64,000 nucleotides of DNA from IMG/VR virus record IMGVR_UViG_3300010370_000025. One strand, 5' to 3'. The translations under genes and the position numbers were made by a program. This document shows, in pieces, positions 37,687-48,116 of this stretch (position 1 is the first letter of the stretch; every line of letters starts with the position of its first letter). This DNA is from a virus (lineage: Duplodnaviria; Heunggongvirae; Uroviricota; Caudoviricetes). The notes below the pieces were generated by a model. The model saw nothing but the letters and a program-made list of their open reading frames with translations, did not search any database and had not been told where the DNA came from.

Positions 37687-39124
37687 TACAGTGTACCTGC
37701 AAAAAGTAAATGAAGTATATCTTAAAGTTGTATCTGAGGCTTCAGTAGTTCAAGAGCTTTCTGAACATTTAACTTTTACAGTACCAGGGGCTAAATTTAT
37801 GCCTGCTGTACGTAATAAGTTTTGGGACGGTAAAGTAAGATTACTTAATTCTATGAATGGGTTAACTTATACAGGTTTAGTAAAAGAAATATCTGAGTTT
37901 TGTCAATCACGAAATTATGATATTAAAATTGATGAAAATTTAATTCCTAAAAAATATCATAAAAGTGGTAGTCCTTATGATCTTGGAATTAAAATTAAAC
38001 CAAGAGAATATCAGCATAAAGCATTTATGAGTGCTATTAATAGAGAAAGAGGTATATTTCTTTCTCCTACTGCATCTGGTAAATCACTTATCATATATGC
38101 ACTTGCAGAGTATTATAATTGTGAGAACCATAAAGTATTAGTTATTGTTCCTACAGTATCGCTTGTTCTTCAAATGAAAAAAGATTTTGAAAGTTATACT
38201 GATAAGAAACTAGACATACATTGTATTACAGCTGGTGTAGATAAACAAACAGATAGTCCAATAGTTATTAGCACTTGGCAGTCTATCTATAAAATGCCTA
38301 AGCAATGGTTTAAGCAATTTGGTTGCGTATTAGGTGATGAAGTTCATCAGTTTAAAGCTACATCGCTTAAATCAATTATGGAAAAGCTAGAAGACTGTAG
38401 ATATAGATTTGGATTTACTGGAACGCTTGATGGGTCGCAAACAAATAGAGTTACTCTTGAAGGACTATTCGGTCCAGTAAAGCAAGTAACTACAACAACC
38501 GATCTTATGGAAGAAGGTCATGTTGCTAATTTAAATATTAAAGCTCTTATACTACAATATTCAGATGATATAAAGCAACAAGCACGTAAGTATACATACC
38601 AGGATGAAATGGATTTTATTGTACGCTATGAGAAGCGTAATAAGTTTATACGTAATTTGAGTCTATCATTAAAAGGTAATACTCTTGTATTGTTTCAATA
38701 TGTAGAAAAGCATGGTAAGATTCTACATGATATGATGACTTCAAAAGAGTCAGATCGTAAAATATTTTTTGTGCATGGTGGTATAGAGGGTGAAGACAGA
38801 GAAAGAATTAGAGGTATTGTTGAAAAAGAATCAAACGCAATCATTGTTGCCAGTTATGGTACGTTTTCAACTGGTATTAACATACGTAATCTACATAACG
38901 TTATTCTTGCTAGTCCTTCTAAGTCTCGCGTTAGAATTTTACAATCCATTGGTCGTGGATTAAGAATAGGTGATGAAAAAGACACAATGACACTTTATGA
39001 TATTGCTGATGACCTAAGAATTAAATCTCATACCAATTTTACATTACAGCATTTTATGGAAAGAATAAATATTTACAATAGTGAAGGTTTTGAATATAAA
39101 ATCTTCAATACGGAGCTTAAATGA
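37661..39124 (+). CDS. uvsW: UvsW SF2 helicase
   Basis: Helicase motifs ('SPTASGKS', 'DEVHQF', 'FTGT') and an N-terminal 'FWDGKVRLL' as in T4 UvsW. Confidence 0.8.
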   Translation: MKSSRWVRDTVYLQKVNEVYLKVVSEASVVQELSEHLTFTVPGAKFMPAVRNKFWDGKVRLLNSMNGLTYTGLVKEISEFCQSRNYDIKIDENLIPKKYHKSGSPYDLGIKIKPREYQHKAFMSAINRERGIFLSPTASGKSLIIYALAEYYNCENHKVLVIVPTVSLVLQMKKDFESYTDKKLDIHCITAGVDKQTDSPIVISTWQSIYKMPKQWFKQFGCVLGDEVHQFKATSLKSIMEKLEDCRYRFGFTGTLDGSQTNRVTLEGLFGPVKQVTTTTDLMEEGHVANLNIKALILQYSDDIKQQARKYTYQDEMDFIVRYEKRNKFIRNLSLSLKGNTLVLFQYVEKHGKILHDMMTSKESDRKIFFVHGGIEGEDRERIRGIVEKESNAIIVASYGTFSTGINIRNLHNVILASPSKSRVRILQSIGRGLRIGDEKDTMTLYDIADDLRIKSHTNFTLQHFMERINIYNSEGFEYKIFNTELK

Positions 39125-39549
39125 TTAGTATATTTTCTTTACCTAATGGGCAACTACTTATTGGTAATATAGTTGAACAAGATGATGTAACAATTAAAGT
39201 TGAATATCCTCTTATAATGGTTCTATCAAACCCTATCGCACAAGCTACATCTATATACACAGCTCGATATATGCCAATGGCTTCTGAAGGGTTAGTTTCT
39301 TTTAATAAAAATAATATTGTTGGTGTTGCGTCAATTGATCCGCCACTACAATCTTATTATGATAAGATGGTTGATTTTTATAAATCAAGAAAATCATTGT
39401 ATAGAAGTGTTGATGACGCAGAACAAGCTCAGAAAGAGCTAGATGCAATTGCTCAAAATGATCAAGAAAACGAAGTACCTAATATTGATAATGTTTCTGA
39501 AGAAGAACTAGCAGCCTACTTCGAATCAAAAGATAAAACTAAGCATTAA
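39121..39549 (+). CDS. Hypothetical protein (UvsW.1 position)
   Basis: ORF only. Confidence 0.35.
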   Translation: MISIFSLPNGQLLIGNIVEQDDVTIKVEYPLIMVLSNPIAQATSIYTARYMPMASEGLVSFNKNNIVGVASIDPPLQSYYDKMVDFYKSRKSLYRSVDDAEQAQKELDAIAQNDQENEVPNIDNVSEEELAAYFESKDKTKH

Positions 39550-39616
39550 ATAGTTGATTTAATTATACAATTGCGTATAATAAATTTATTTACTACGCGA
39601 TAGTAGAGGAATACTT

Positions 39617-40183
39617 ATGAGTACTAAACAACAAAAACCACATTATGTAGATAATAAAAAGTTTTATACAGCATTACTACATCATAAAAAAGAAATAGAA
39701 AATGCAAAATTAAATAATAAGCCAGAACCACCTATACCAAATTATGTAGGTGAATGTTTGTATAAGATCGCTACTAGATTGTCGCTAAGACCAAACTTTA
39801 TTAATTACACTTATAGAGATGAAATGATTTCTGATGGACTAGAAAATTGTATTAACTATCTATATAATTTTGACCCAGAAAAAGGCTCTAACCCGTTTGC
39901 ATATTTTACACAAATAATTCATTTTGCATTTTTAAGACGAATTGAAAAAGAAAAAAAGCATTTATATATTAAACAAAAAACATTAGAGAATTTTTATTTT
40001 GAAGGTTTATTAGCAGACCAATCTGTGGTAGATGATCAAGATAAACCAGTTAATGTTGATTTAAATAACGTCTATATGAATAACTTAGTGGAAGCTTTTG
40101 ATGAAAAACAACTTAAAAAACAACAAAAAGCTAAAGCTAAAAAAGCTAATGTAGGCGTGGAGAAATTTTATGAAGACGAATAA
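39617..40183 (+). CDS. gp55: Late sigma factor gp55
   Basis: Matches T4 gp55 ('YVDNKKF', 'MISDGLENCINYLYNFD'). Confidence 0.8.
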   Translation: MSTKQQKPHYVDNKKFYTALLHHKKEIENAKLNNKPEPPIPNYVGECLYKIATRLSLRPNFINYTYRDEMISDGLENCINYLYNFDPEKGSNPFAYFTQIIHFAFLRRIEKEKKHLYIKQKTLENFYFEGLLADQSVVDDQDKPVNVDLNNVYMNNLVEAFDEKQLKKQQKAKAKKANVGVEKFYEDE

Positions 40184-40376
40184 TATACATCTTGTACCTC
40201 AAGTAGTTATTGATTGTGCAGAAAATATTTTTAAAGGAAATAGAATAAACGAAATATATGCTGCACGAGTAGAAGCTATTCGCGATTTTTGTAATAGTGA
40301 ATTGCAAAAGTATGAAGCTAAAAAAGTACAAGAACTTAGAAATAATACTATTTTTAATACAAAGAAGAGAAAATGA
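40170..40376 (+). CDS. Small hypothetical protein
   Basis: ORF between gp55 and gp47. Confidence 0.3.
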   Translation: MKTNNIHLVPQVVIDCAENIFKGNRINEIYAARVEAIRDFCNSELQKYEAKKVQELRNNTIFNTKKRK

Positions 40377-41476
40377 AGATAGCTTTGATTACCGATACTC
40401 ATTGGGGGGTTAGAAATGACTCCCCAATTCAACATGATGCTATGAAGAAATTTCTTAATGAAGTGTTTTTTCCTAAATTAAAAGAGCAAAACATCACAAC
40501 TGTTATTCATGCAGGGGATCTTGTTGACCGTCGCAAGTATATCAATTTTGTTACTGCAAAACGTTTAAGAGAAGATTTTCTAGATAAGCTAAAACAATTA
40601 GATATTGAGCTTCATATTATTGCTGGCAATCATGATACGTTTTATAAAAATACTAATGATGTTAATGCACTAGAAGAATTAATTGGTTCTCCAAAAGCAG
40701 AATATGTAGTAGATACAAAACGTTATAATAAAGTTTATATCTATTATAAACAACCTTGCACCTTGCACTGGAATACAACTGATCCTGGTGTATTTTTAAT
40801 TCCGTGGATTACAGATAGTAACAGAGATGTTACTATGAAAATGATTAAAGAAACAAAAGCACCAATTGCAATTGGCCATCTTGAGTTAAATGGTTTTGAA
40901 ATGTATAAAGGGAATATTAACACACATGGCGATGATCCTAAGCTCTTTGATAAATTCGATCTTGTACTTAGCGGTCATTATCATACTCGCTCCTCTAGTG
41001 GCAATATTCATTATCTTGGCACTCCCGTTCAATATACTTGGTCTGATTATAATGATCCTAAAGGCTTCCATATCTTGGACACAGAGACTCGTGAGTTAAC
41101 ATTTATAGAAAATCCAGATAATCTTTTTCATCGATTTATGTATGATGATCTTAATAAAGAGATGGATGAAGTGGTAGTTTTTGATGCAGACAAATATAAA
41201 AATTGTTATGTAAAGGTTATTATCAAAAATAAAATTAACCCATATTGGTTTGATTTAGTTATCGATAAGCTTGAAAAATCAGGTGTAGTTGATCTACAAG
41301 TAGTAGAAGATCATCACCACTTAGATCTAGAACAAGACGATGATATTATTAGTGAAGCAGAAGATACTGTGACTATTCTTAGAAAATATATTCAGGGTAT
41401 GAATGTACAGACTGATAAAGTTAGAATTGAATCGCTGCTACAAAACTTATATAATGAAGCTTTATCAATAGAGTGA
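40373..41476 (+). CDS. gp47: Recombination nuclease subunit gp47 (Mre11/SbcD-like)
   Basis: Phosphoesterase motifs 'ITDTHWG', 'AGDLVD' and 'GNHD'. Confidence 0.85.
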   Translation: MKIALITDTHWGVRNDSPIQHDAMKKFLNEVFFPKLKEQNITTVIHAGDLVDRRKYINFVTAKRLREDFLDKLKQLDIELHIIAGNHDTFYKNTNDVNALEELIGSPKAEYVVDTKRYNKVYIYYKQPCTLHWNTTDPGVFLIPWITDSNRDVTMKMIKETKAPIAIGHLELNGFEMYKGNINTHGDDPKLFDKFDLVLSGHYHTRSSSGNIHYLGTPVQYTWSDYNDPKGFHILDTETRELTFIENPDNLFHRFMYDDLNKEMDEVVVFDADKYKNCYVKVIIKNKINPYWFDLVIDKLEKSGVVDLQVVEDHHHLDLEQDDDIISEAEDTVTILRKYIQGMNVQTDKVRIESLLQNLYNEALSIE

Positions 41477-41479
41477 ACA

Positions 41480-42238
41480 ATGCAGACGATACTTATTACT
41501 GGGCATAAAGGCTTTATAGGAAGTCATTTATTTAAATATCTTTCTGAAAACTATAATTGTATAGGTCTAGATATAAAAGATGGTCAAGATATTAGATCAT
41601 GTGATTTACCTAACTGTAATATTATTATTCACTTAGCAGGGTTAGCAGGGGTAAGACATAGTTTTAATAAACCGGATTTATATTGGGATGTAAACGTTAA
41701 TGGATCAAAAAGAATATTTGAACACGCTAATAAAATAAATGCTAAAGTTTTATATGCTTCTAGCTCTACTGCTAAGAATCCAGAAACAAGTCCATATGCT
41801 CAAACTAAAAGAGCATTAGAATTAATATCTCCTAAAAATTCTATAGGCATGAGATTTCATACAGTATACGGAATTGATTCTAGACCGGATATGATGTATA
41901 GAAAGTTACTCGAAAATACAGCAGAATATATTACAACACATACTAGAGACTTTACAAGTATAAAAGATCTAATAGTAGCAGTTGAAATTTTATTATTAAG
42001 TGATTATACTGGTATTGTAGACATCGGTACTGGTGAGCAAGTTCAAGTATCGCAGCTTGCAGCTGCAATAGGTAGAAATTTACCATATAAAAGTGTTACA
42101 GGTGAACAGGTTTCAAGTAAAGCAGACACTAGAGTACTTAAATCTCTTGGCTGGTCACCTAAGTATGTCGTATTGGATGAAATAAAGAATGATCTTCTTC
42201 AAAAAAATAAGATGGAAAAATCTGTTAAGTACAGGTAA
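41480..42238 (+). CDS. Short NAD(P)-dependent epimerase/dehydratase (extended SDR) inserted between gp47 and gp46
   Basis: Rossmann motif 'ITGHKGFIGSHL' and a catalytic 'YAQTK' YxxxK. Confidence 0.6.
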   Translation: MQTILITGHKGFIGSHLFKYLSENYNCIGLDIKDGQDIRSCDLPNCNIIIHLAGLAGVRHSFNKPDLYWDVNVNGSKRIFEHANKINAKVLYASSSTAKNPETSPYAQTKRALELISPKNSIGMRFHTVYGIDSRPDMMYRKLLENTAEYITTHTRDFTSIKDLIVAVEILLLSDYTGIVDIGTGEQVQVSQLAAAIGRNLPYKSVTGEQVSSKADTRVLKSLGWSPKYVVLDEIKNDLLQKNKMEKSVKYR

Positions 42239-43904
42239 TTCTTTTACCGAAATTGACTTAACAAAAACTAATACTACTCTCATTGTTGGTGAAAACGGAT
42301 CGGGTAAGTCTACTTTACTCGATGCTGTATCTTTTGCATTATACAATAAACCGTTTAGAAAAGTAAATAAACCTCAACTTCTTAATTCTATTAATAAAAA
42401 AGATCTTATTGTTGAGATTGAATTTAATATTGGTAAAAATATGTATAAGATCATTCGCGGTCTTAAGCCTTCTGTGTTTGAAGTATATCAGAATGGTAAC
42501 ATGATTAGCCAAAATGCTGATAATAAAGACTACCAAGAAGTATTAGAGAAGCAAATTCTTAAACTTAATCATAAATCTTTTTGTCAAGTAGTAGTTTTAG
42601 GTTCTGCTTCGTTTACTCCGTTCATGCAGTTGTCTGCAATGAACCGCAGAGAAGTTATTGAAGACCTTCTCGATATTCAAATTTTTTCTATTATGAATAG
42701 TTTACTTAAAGATAAGGTTAATGTTAATTCTAATAATTTACTTGAAGTAGAATATAATTATGATCTTACTTCAGAAAAAATTAAAATGCAACATGAGCAT
42801 GCAGTCGCTATGCAAAAAAATAGTGAAGAGCAGGTAGAAAAACTTAAGAAAGATCTTAAGCATTATACTAATCTTATTGAGGAAGATAAAAATGATATTG
42901 AACGCATCGATGCAGAAATTTTATCGCTCAGAGATTCAATTGAAGACCAAGACCAAGTCAATAAAAAACAAAAAACATTACAAAGATTGGAGGTACAGCT
43001 GGGAGATAAAATTGCCAAACTCCAAGCTGACATCGAATTCTTCACTTCACATGATAACTGCCCTACTTGCAAGCAGAGCATTGGAACCGAGTTTAAGTGT
43101 GAGACTCTTGATACAAAACAAATACAGATTAAAGAAACAAATGACGGGGTTGAAAAACTCAGAAACGAAATTAAAACAATACAAGACCGAATTCAATCCA
43201 TTGCTGATGTTTCAAGCCAAATTTCAAGTCTAAACATTGATAAAATTACAAAAACAAACACCATTAGTGGGCTATTAAGTCAGTGCAAGAAGATTGCTAA
43301 AGATATTTCAGAGTTGCAACAAAAAGCAGATGATTATATCATTAATGATGATAAGATGAAAGATCTTGAACAGTCACTTGAAACTTATGCAGGTCAAAAA
43401 AGTGAGCTCTTAAAAGATAAAGATGCATTAGCAATTGCAGGTATTATTCTTAAGGATAATGGTATTAAAGCGCGTATTATTAAACAGTATGTACCAGTCA
43501 TTAATAAATTGATTAATAAGTATCTTGCTGCAATGGACTTCTTTGTTCAATTTGAATTAGATGAGAACTTTAATGAAACAATTAAATCAAGATTTAGAGA
43601 TGAGTTTTCTTACGCGTCTTTCTCTGAAGGTGAAAAAATGCGCATCAACCTTGCTATTCTATTTACATGGCGAGCTATTGCTAAGTTACGTAATAGCGCT
43701 AGTACTAATCTTCTCATACTTGACGAAGTACTGGATGGGTCATTAGACTCAAATGGTACAGATGAGTTCTTAAAGATTATTAATAACCTTACACAAGATA
43801 CAAATACATTTATTATTAGTCATAAAGTAGATCAAATGTATGACAAGTTTACTAACGTATTGAAATTTGAAAAACATAAAAACTTTAGTAGAGTAGCAGC
43901 ATGA
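42189..43904 (+). CDS. gp46: Recombination ATPase gp46 (Rad50/SbcC-like)
   Basis: Walker A 'GENGSGKST', a zinc hook 'CPTCKQ', and a C-terminal signature and D-loop 'LILDEV'. Confidence 0.85.
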   Translation: MIFFKKIRWKNLLSTGNSFTEIDLTKTNTTLIVGENGSGKSTLLDAVSFALYNKPFRKVNKPQLLNSINKKDLIVEIEFNIGKNMYKIIRGLKPSVFEVYQNGNMISQNADNKDYQEVLEKQILKLNHKSFCQVVVLGSASFTPFMQLSAMNRREVIEDLLDIQIFSIMNSLLKDKVNVNSNNLLEVEYNYDLTSEKIKMQHEHAVAMQKNSEEQVEKLKKDLKHYTNLIEEDKNDIERIDAEILSLRDSIEDQDQVNKKQKTLQRLEVQLGDKIAKLQADIEFFTSHDNCPTCKQSIGTEFKCETLDTKQIQIKETNDGVEKLRNEIKTIQDRIQSIADVSSQISSLNIDKITKTNTISGLLSQCKKIAKDISELQQKADDYIINDDKMKDLEQSLETYAGQKSELLKDKDALAIAGIILKDNGIKARIIKQYVPVINKLINKYLAAMDFFVQFELDENFNETIKSRFRDEFSYASFSEGEKMRINLAILFTWRAIAKLRNSASTNLLILDEVLDGSLDSNGTDEFLKIINNLTQDTNTFIISHKVDQMYDKFTNVLKFEKHKNFSRVAA

Positions 43905-44113
43905 CAGAAGAGAAATGGACTGATACCTATGATGATCTATATGAGTTTGTTCTCGAAAGAAAATTAAGAGAGCAAATATATATTGAAGGGTTTAAAGCAG
44001 GGTGGGCTAATGCACACACTTTGTTTATGAGTCCTTGTGAAAGAGGGCCTGCACCAGATAATATTCCAGATAAAGTGTTGTTTGGTAAATTGAAAGATTT
44101 TGGTAATGAGTGA
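43901..44113 (+). CDS. Small hypothetical protein
   Basis: ORF only. Confidence 0.3.
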   Translation: MTEEKWTDTYDDLYEFVLERKLREQIYIEGFKAGWANAHTLFMSPCERGPAPDNIPDKVLFGKLKDFGNE

Positions 44114-44279
44114 TTTTGAATCTAGATATCGTAAATGGCATACTTATATGTCTTATGTTAAGAGTGGTATTCGTATTGTTGCATTTGGCGGATTGGCATT
44201 AGGATTGATTGGAGCTGCATTTACAGCAACTCTATTACTTATTGCTGAATTAGTTGGTGTAGCAGAGGAGTGGGTATGA
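44106..44279 (+). CDS. Small predicted membrane protein (57 aa), missed by the ORF track
   Basis: ATG at 44106, a hydrophobic stretch 'IRIVAFGGLALGLIGAAFTATLLLIAELVGV', and a stop that overlaps the next ATG. Confidence 0.3.
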   Translation: MSDFESRYRKWHTYMSYVKSGIRIVAFGGLALGLIGAAFTATLLLIAELVGVAEEWV

Positions 44280-44896
44280 GCGATTATCGTTATGAAGTAG
44301 TAGGTATTTTTCCTTTACCAATTTTAGTAGCTTCTTTGCCTAGAGATTTTCTTCAGCTTGAAATAGACTATTTTCAAGATCTAGAAAGCAAAACAGTTGA
44401 TAATGTAGGTAATAAAGTATCTAAAAATAAAAATGTTTTAGGTGAGCCTGTATTAGGTCGTCTAAATGCAGATTGTCATAATTTACTTAAATGCTTTGTA
44501 GATAAAATTTATAACCCAGAAAATGAGTTAGAACCATATATTACTCAATCTTGGGTTAATTATACTACTGAAGGTCAAGATCACCACAGACACACTCATC
44601 CTAATAGTTGGTTATCAGGGGTAGTTTATATTAATGCAGATAAAGAACATGATAAGATTTATTTTCATAATGAGCCTTATAAACTAATTAATCCGGTTAC
44701 TAAAGAACATAATCCATTTAACTGTACGTCTTGGTCAATACCTGTAAAGACAGGAGATATTGTAATATTTCCGTCAGATATTTCACACAGCGTAGGAACA
44801 AAGACTGGCAATAATACTAGAGTTAGTCTAGCATTTAATAGCTTTGTAAAAGGTATTGTAGGAAGCTATGATGGCTCTACTGAATTAATTTTGTGA
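44276..44896 (+). CDS. 2OG-Fe(II) oxygenase superfamily protein (second paralog)
   Basis: 'HHRHTHPNSWLSGVVY' and 'IFPSDISHS' are paralogous to 35834-36634. Confidence 0.65.
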   Translation: MSDYRYEVVGIFPLPILVASLPRDFLQLEIDYFQDLESKTVDNVGNKVSKNKNVLGEPVLGRLNADCHNLLKCFVDKIYNPENELEPYITQSWVNYTTEGQDHHRHTHPNSWLSGVVYINADKEHDKIYFHNEPYKLINPVTKEHNPFNCTSWSIPVKTGDIVIFPSDISHSVGTKTGNNTRVSLAFNSFVKGIVGSYDGSTELIL

Positions 44897-44902
44897 GATA
44901 TT

Positions 44903-45400
44903 ATGAATATAATTAAATTTCCTGATCCAGTATTAACTACTGAGACTCAATATTTTGATTTTGAAAATCCACCTATGGATCCTAACGAACTATCTTTAAC
45001 GTTAATCCGTAAAGTGAATGAGCATAACGGGCTTGGATTATCCGCTAACCAGCTAGGTATTCCATATAAAGTGTTTGTTATTAAAGGCAATCCTAATATT
45101 GTATGTTTTAATCCTAAAATAGTATCCCATAGTGATGATGAAACTATTATGGTTGAAGGTTGCTTATCTTACCCCAATTTACTAATTAAGATTAGACGTC
45201 CAGTAGAGATTAGAACTCGTTTTCAAGTACCATCTGGAGTTACTACAACTAAACCATTTGTAGGTCTTACAGCAAGAGTATTTCAGCACGAACTAGATCA
45301 CCTTAACGGTATAGCATTTTTTAATAGAGCTAACCTTTATCATAAAGAACAAGCATTTAGGAAACTTAAAAATGACAACAGAAGAGCAGCCCAGCGCTAA
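44903..45400 (+). CDS. def: Peptide deformylase
   Basis: Three PDF motifs: 'GLSANQLG', 'EGCLSYP' and 'HELDHLNG'. Confidence 0.85.
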   Translation: MNIIKFPDPVLTTETQYFDFENPPMDPNELSLTLIRKVNEHNGLGLSANQLGIPYKVFVIKGNPNIVCFNPKIVSHSDDETIMVEGCLSYPNLLIKIRRPVEIRTRFQVPSGVTTTKPFVGLTARVFQHELDHLNGIAFFNRANLYHKEQAFRKLKNDNRRAAQR

Positions 45401-45641
45401 CGAACCTATAGGGTTCAAAATTAATGACCAGTATTTTATTGAAATCCCTCCAGGAGATTTTGTTCATGAAACAGAAGATGGTGGGATGTGGGTTGATGTT
45501 ATTGTATATGAAAATACAAAAGATGGCATTAAGAGACTTAAAGCGGAAGATTTATCCGAAGAAACTACTGTCTTGATTAATAAAGCTATCAATAATATTT
45601 TATCTAAAGCAATCAACGAAGCGTTAAATGATGATAAATAA
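45372..45641 (+). CDS. Acidic hypothetical protein
   Basis: ORF only. Confidence 0.3.
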   Translation: MTTEEQPSANEPIGFKINDQYFIEIPPGDFVHETEDGGMWVDVIVYENTKDGIKRLKAEDLSEETTVLINKAINNILSKAINEALNDDK

Positions 45642-45685
45642 TTTATCAGTGCCCTTCCACTGATTAAACAAAACTAGGAGTAATA

Positions 45686-46522
45686 ATGTCAAAGATTAAA
45701 ATAGCAGAACTGTTCTATTCACTTCAAGGTGAGGGGCAGTATCTTGGAACTCCAAGCCTCTTTCTTAGAGTGTTTGGATGTAATTTTATGTGCCAGGGGT
45801 TCTCAATGCCTCGTGGTGAGCTCTCTGAAGAGCGTTTATCGATAGATCCAGCAAAATATGAAAAGTATGATAATTTACCTCTAGTACATACTGGATGTGA
45901 TTCATACGCGTCTTGGGATGCTCGTTTTAAGCATCTATCACCAATGCTTACAGTTGAAGCTATTGTTGATAGAATGCAGCAAATACTCCCAGGCGGTAAG
46001 TTTGGACATACTCATCTTATTCTTACTGGTGGTGAGCCTTTGCTTGGATGGCAAAGATCATATCCTGCTTTGTTGCAAGAAATTATTAACCGAGACATGG
46101 ATCTCGGATACATTACTTTTGAAACTAATGGTACGCAAGAGTTAACAGATCAATTGCAAGGTGTTCTTAAACACTTTAATGTTACTTATAGTGTATCATC
46201 TAAATTACCTTCTTCTGGAGAAAAATGGGAAGAAGCAATTAAGCCTGAAATTGTTAACAAATATGTTCGTAATGGTGATCTAACTTACTTTAAATGGGTC
46301 GTGTCAAACGAAGACGATTATAATGATGTCATCAAAGCTATTGATGAGTATAGTAAAGTTATCGATATGACACAAGTGCCTATTTACCTTATGCCTGCAG
46401 GTGGAACTACAAAACATTATGATAATAATGAAAAGTGGGTTGCAGATTTAGCTATGAAACATGGGTGGAGATATAGTCCACGTCTACAAGTTCAACTCTG
46501 GAAAAATGCATGGGGCACATAA
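45686..46522 (+). CDS. queE: 7-carboxy-7-deazaguanine synthase QueE (radical SAM)
   Basis: 'LFYSLQGEG', 'GCNFMCQGF' and 'LTGGEPLL'. Confidence 0.8.
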   Translation: MSKIKIAELFYSLQGEGQYLGTPSLFLRVFGCNFMCQGFSMPRGELSEERLSIDPAKYEKYDNLPLVHTGCDSYASWDARFKHLSPMLTVEAIVDRMQQILPGGKFGHTHLILTGGEPLLGWQRSYPALLQEIINRDMDLGYITFETNGTQELTDQLQGVLKHFNVTYSVSSKLPSSGEKWEEAIKPEIVNKYVRNGDLTYFKWVVSNEDDYNDVIKAIDEYSKVIDMTQVPIYLMPAGGTTKHYDNNEKWVADLAMKHGWRYSPRLQVQLWKNAWGT

Positions 46523-47052
46523 TGAGTAATAATACAGCAGATATAGTTATGCCAAAAGGCAGATTTTACAAATACGTTAGCACTAAAGAATATCATAACG
46601 CATTTCCATGTGCATACAGACAGTGGCGTGCAGACAGTCATTGTAATTTAATTCACGGCTATGCTTTTTCAATGAAATTTTATTTTGGAACAGATCATCT
46701 TGATGCTCGTAATTGGTGTGCAGATTATGGTGGTCTTAAGGAACTTAAGAAAGTACTAGAAGATCAATTTGATCACACTTTACTCGTTGCGCAAGATGAT
46801 CCAGAATTTGAAACATATAAATTGCTTGAAAGTAAAAACTTAGCTAAACTAACAGTACTACCTAAGCTAGGCTGTGAAGGTTTAGCTGATATGCTTTATA
46901 AGTATGTAAACGGGGTTTATATACCTGATATGTGGGGTCCAGGTGAAGCAGAACGTCTATGGTGTTTTAGAGTAGAAGTTCGCGAAACAGTTTCTAATAT
47001 GGCCTACCGTGAAGGCCACCGTGAATGGCATGAGGATCTATTTAATGACTGA
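46522..47052 (+). CDS. queD: 6-carboxy-5,6,7,8-tetrahydropterin synthase QueD
   Basis: PTPS-fold motifs 'CNLIHGYAF' and 'FDHTLL'. TAATG overlap with queE (alternative start 46510). Confidence 0.75.
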   Translation: MSNNTADIVMPKGRFYKYVSTKEYHNAFPCAYRQWRADSHCNLIHGYAFSMKFYFGTDHLDARNWCADYGGLKELKKVLEDQFDHTLLVAQDDPEFETYKLLESKNLAKLTVLPKLGCEGLADMLYKYVNGVYIPDMWGPGEAERLWCFRVEVRETVSNMAYREGHREWHEDLFND

Positions 47053-47812
47053 TAATGATTTTGATGTGATATATGATGAGTCTGGCTTTGTAGTAGGTCA
47101 GGTAAGTAAACCAATCTCTGCATCTAATAAAATTAAGCAAAGGTTACAAGATGCCAATCATCGCTATTATGCCAATGATAACATTAGCAAATTTTTGGAC
47201 GATAATACTCGTCAGCAGCTTATTGACGAAGTAGCAACTAAATTCGATGGTGTGCTTCGTTCACTGTTAATTGACGTTGATAATGATCCAAACTCTAAAG
47301 GTACAGCTAAGCGTCTCGCTAAGATGTATATTAATGAGATTATGAGAGGTAGATATCATGACGAACCAGACGTTACCTCATTTCCAAATGATGGCTCTCA
47401 TGGGACAGACCCTTATAAAGGTATGTTGGTTGTTAGGGCTGAACTTAAGTCTATGTGTAGTCATCACCATCAACCTGTTACTGGTACAGCATATATTGGT
47501 GTCATACCTAATACCCATGTTATTGGTCTCAGTAAGTACATTCGTATTGCGCAGCATTGTGCGCGACGTGGAACGCTACAGGAAGAACTTTGCGGAGACA
47601 TAGCAAAGGCAATTAGCTCTGCTACACAGTCAAAAGATGTAGGTGTGTATATTGAAGCAACTCATGGGTGCTGTGAGAACAGAGGTATTAGCGCGTCTAA
47701 CTCACTTACGCAAACAGCTGTGCTTATGGGTGACTTCCTTACTGATCCTTCAGTAAAGAACGAGTTCTATAGTAATATTAAGTTACAAACAAGTCGCTAT
47801 TCTTGTAACTAA
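47045..47812 (+). CDS. folE: GTP cyclohydrolase I (FolE)
   Basis: 'CSHHHQPV' and 'HVIGLSKYIRIAQHCARRGTLQEEL'. ATG at 47045 (track 47009). Confidence 0.8.
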   Translation: MTDNDFDVIYDESGFVVGQVSKPISASNKIKQRLQDANHRYYANDNISKFLDDNTRQQLIDEVATKFDGVLRSLLIDVDNDPNSKGTAKRLAKMYINEIMRGRYHDEPDVTSFPNDGSHGTDPYKGMLVVRAELKSMCSHHHQPVTGTAYIGVIPNTHVIGLSKYIRIAQHCARRGTLQEELCGDIAKAISSATQSKDVGVYIEATHGCCENRGISASNSLTQTAVLMGDFLTDPSVKNEFYSNIKLQTSRYSCN

Positions 47813-47870
47813 TTGAAATCATTGATAAAAAATAACAGTTGATTTCTTAACCTGTTGATATTATTATAAT
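47812..47870 (+). promoter_or_regulatory. Intergenic region carrying two copies of the ATTGAAATCATTGA/AACCTGTTGATA motif and TATAAT-like elements (putative sigma70-like early promoter)
   Basis: Motif shared with the 30011-30081 array. Confidence 0.4.
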
Positions 47871-47902
47871 AATTATAGGCTAATAAATGGAGATTTACAC
47901 CT

Positions 47903-48115
47903 ATGATTAATCTTGACAAATATGTACAACAGGTATGGAAAGCAGAAACTACAGAAAAGAAGCGAGAAGCTTTTAAAGAGCTTCTCGCAATTTCCCATGC
48001 TAAGACAGAAACTAAAGTAAAGGCGCTTAGAGATATTCAAACTCTTTCAGGTAAAAAGCTTGACACCTTTGCTACAAATTTTGCTTTTTCTGGTTACGGA
48101 CTTAAGGTAAAGTAA
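47903..48115 (+). CDS. Small hypothetical protein
   Basis: ORF only. Confidence 0.3.
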   Translation: MINLDKYVQQVWKAETTEKKREAFKELLAISHAKTETKVKALRDIQTLSGKKLDTFATNFAFSGYGLKVK

Positions 48116-48116
48116 T

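Noticed and set aside
40146-40435. Minus-strand ORFs (61 and 78 aa) overlapping the gp55/gp47 junction
   Set aside because: Antisense to well-supported + strand genes.
45645-45664. 7-bp inverted repeat ATCAGTG-N6-CACTGAT between 45372-45641 and queE, as a terminator
   Set aside because: Short AT-containing stem with no downstream T-tract. It could be a minor RNA structure and is not confidently a terminator.
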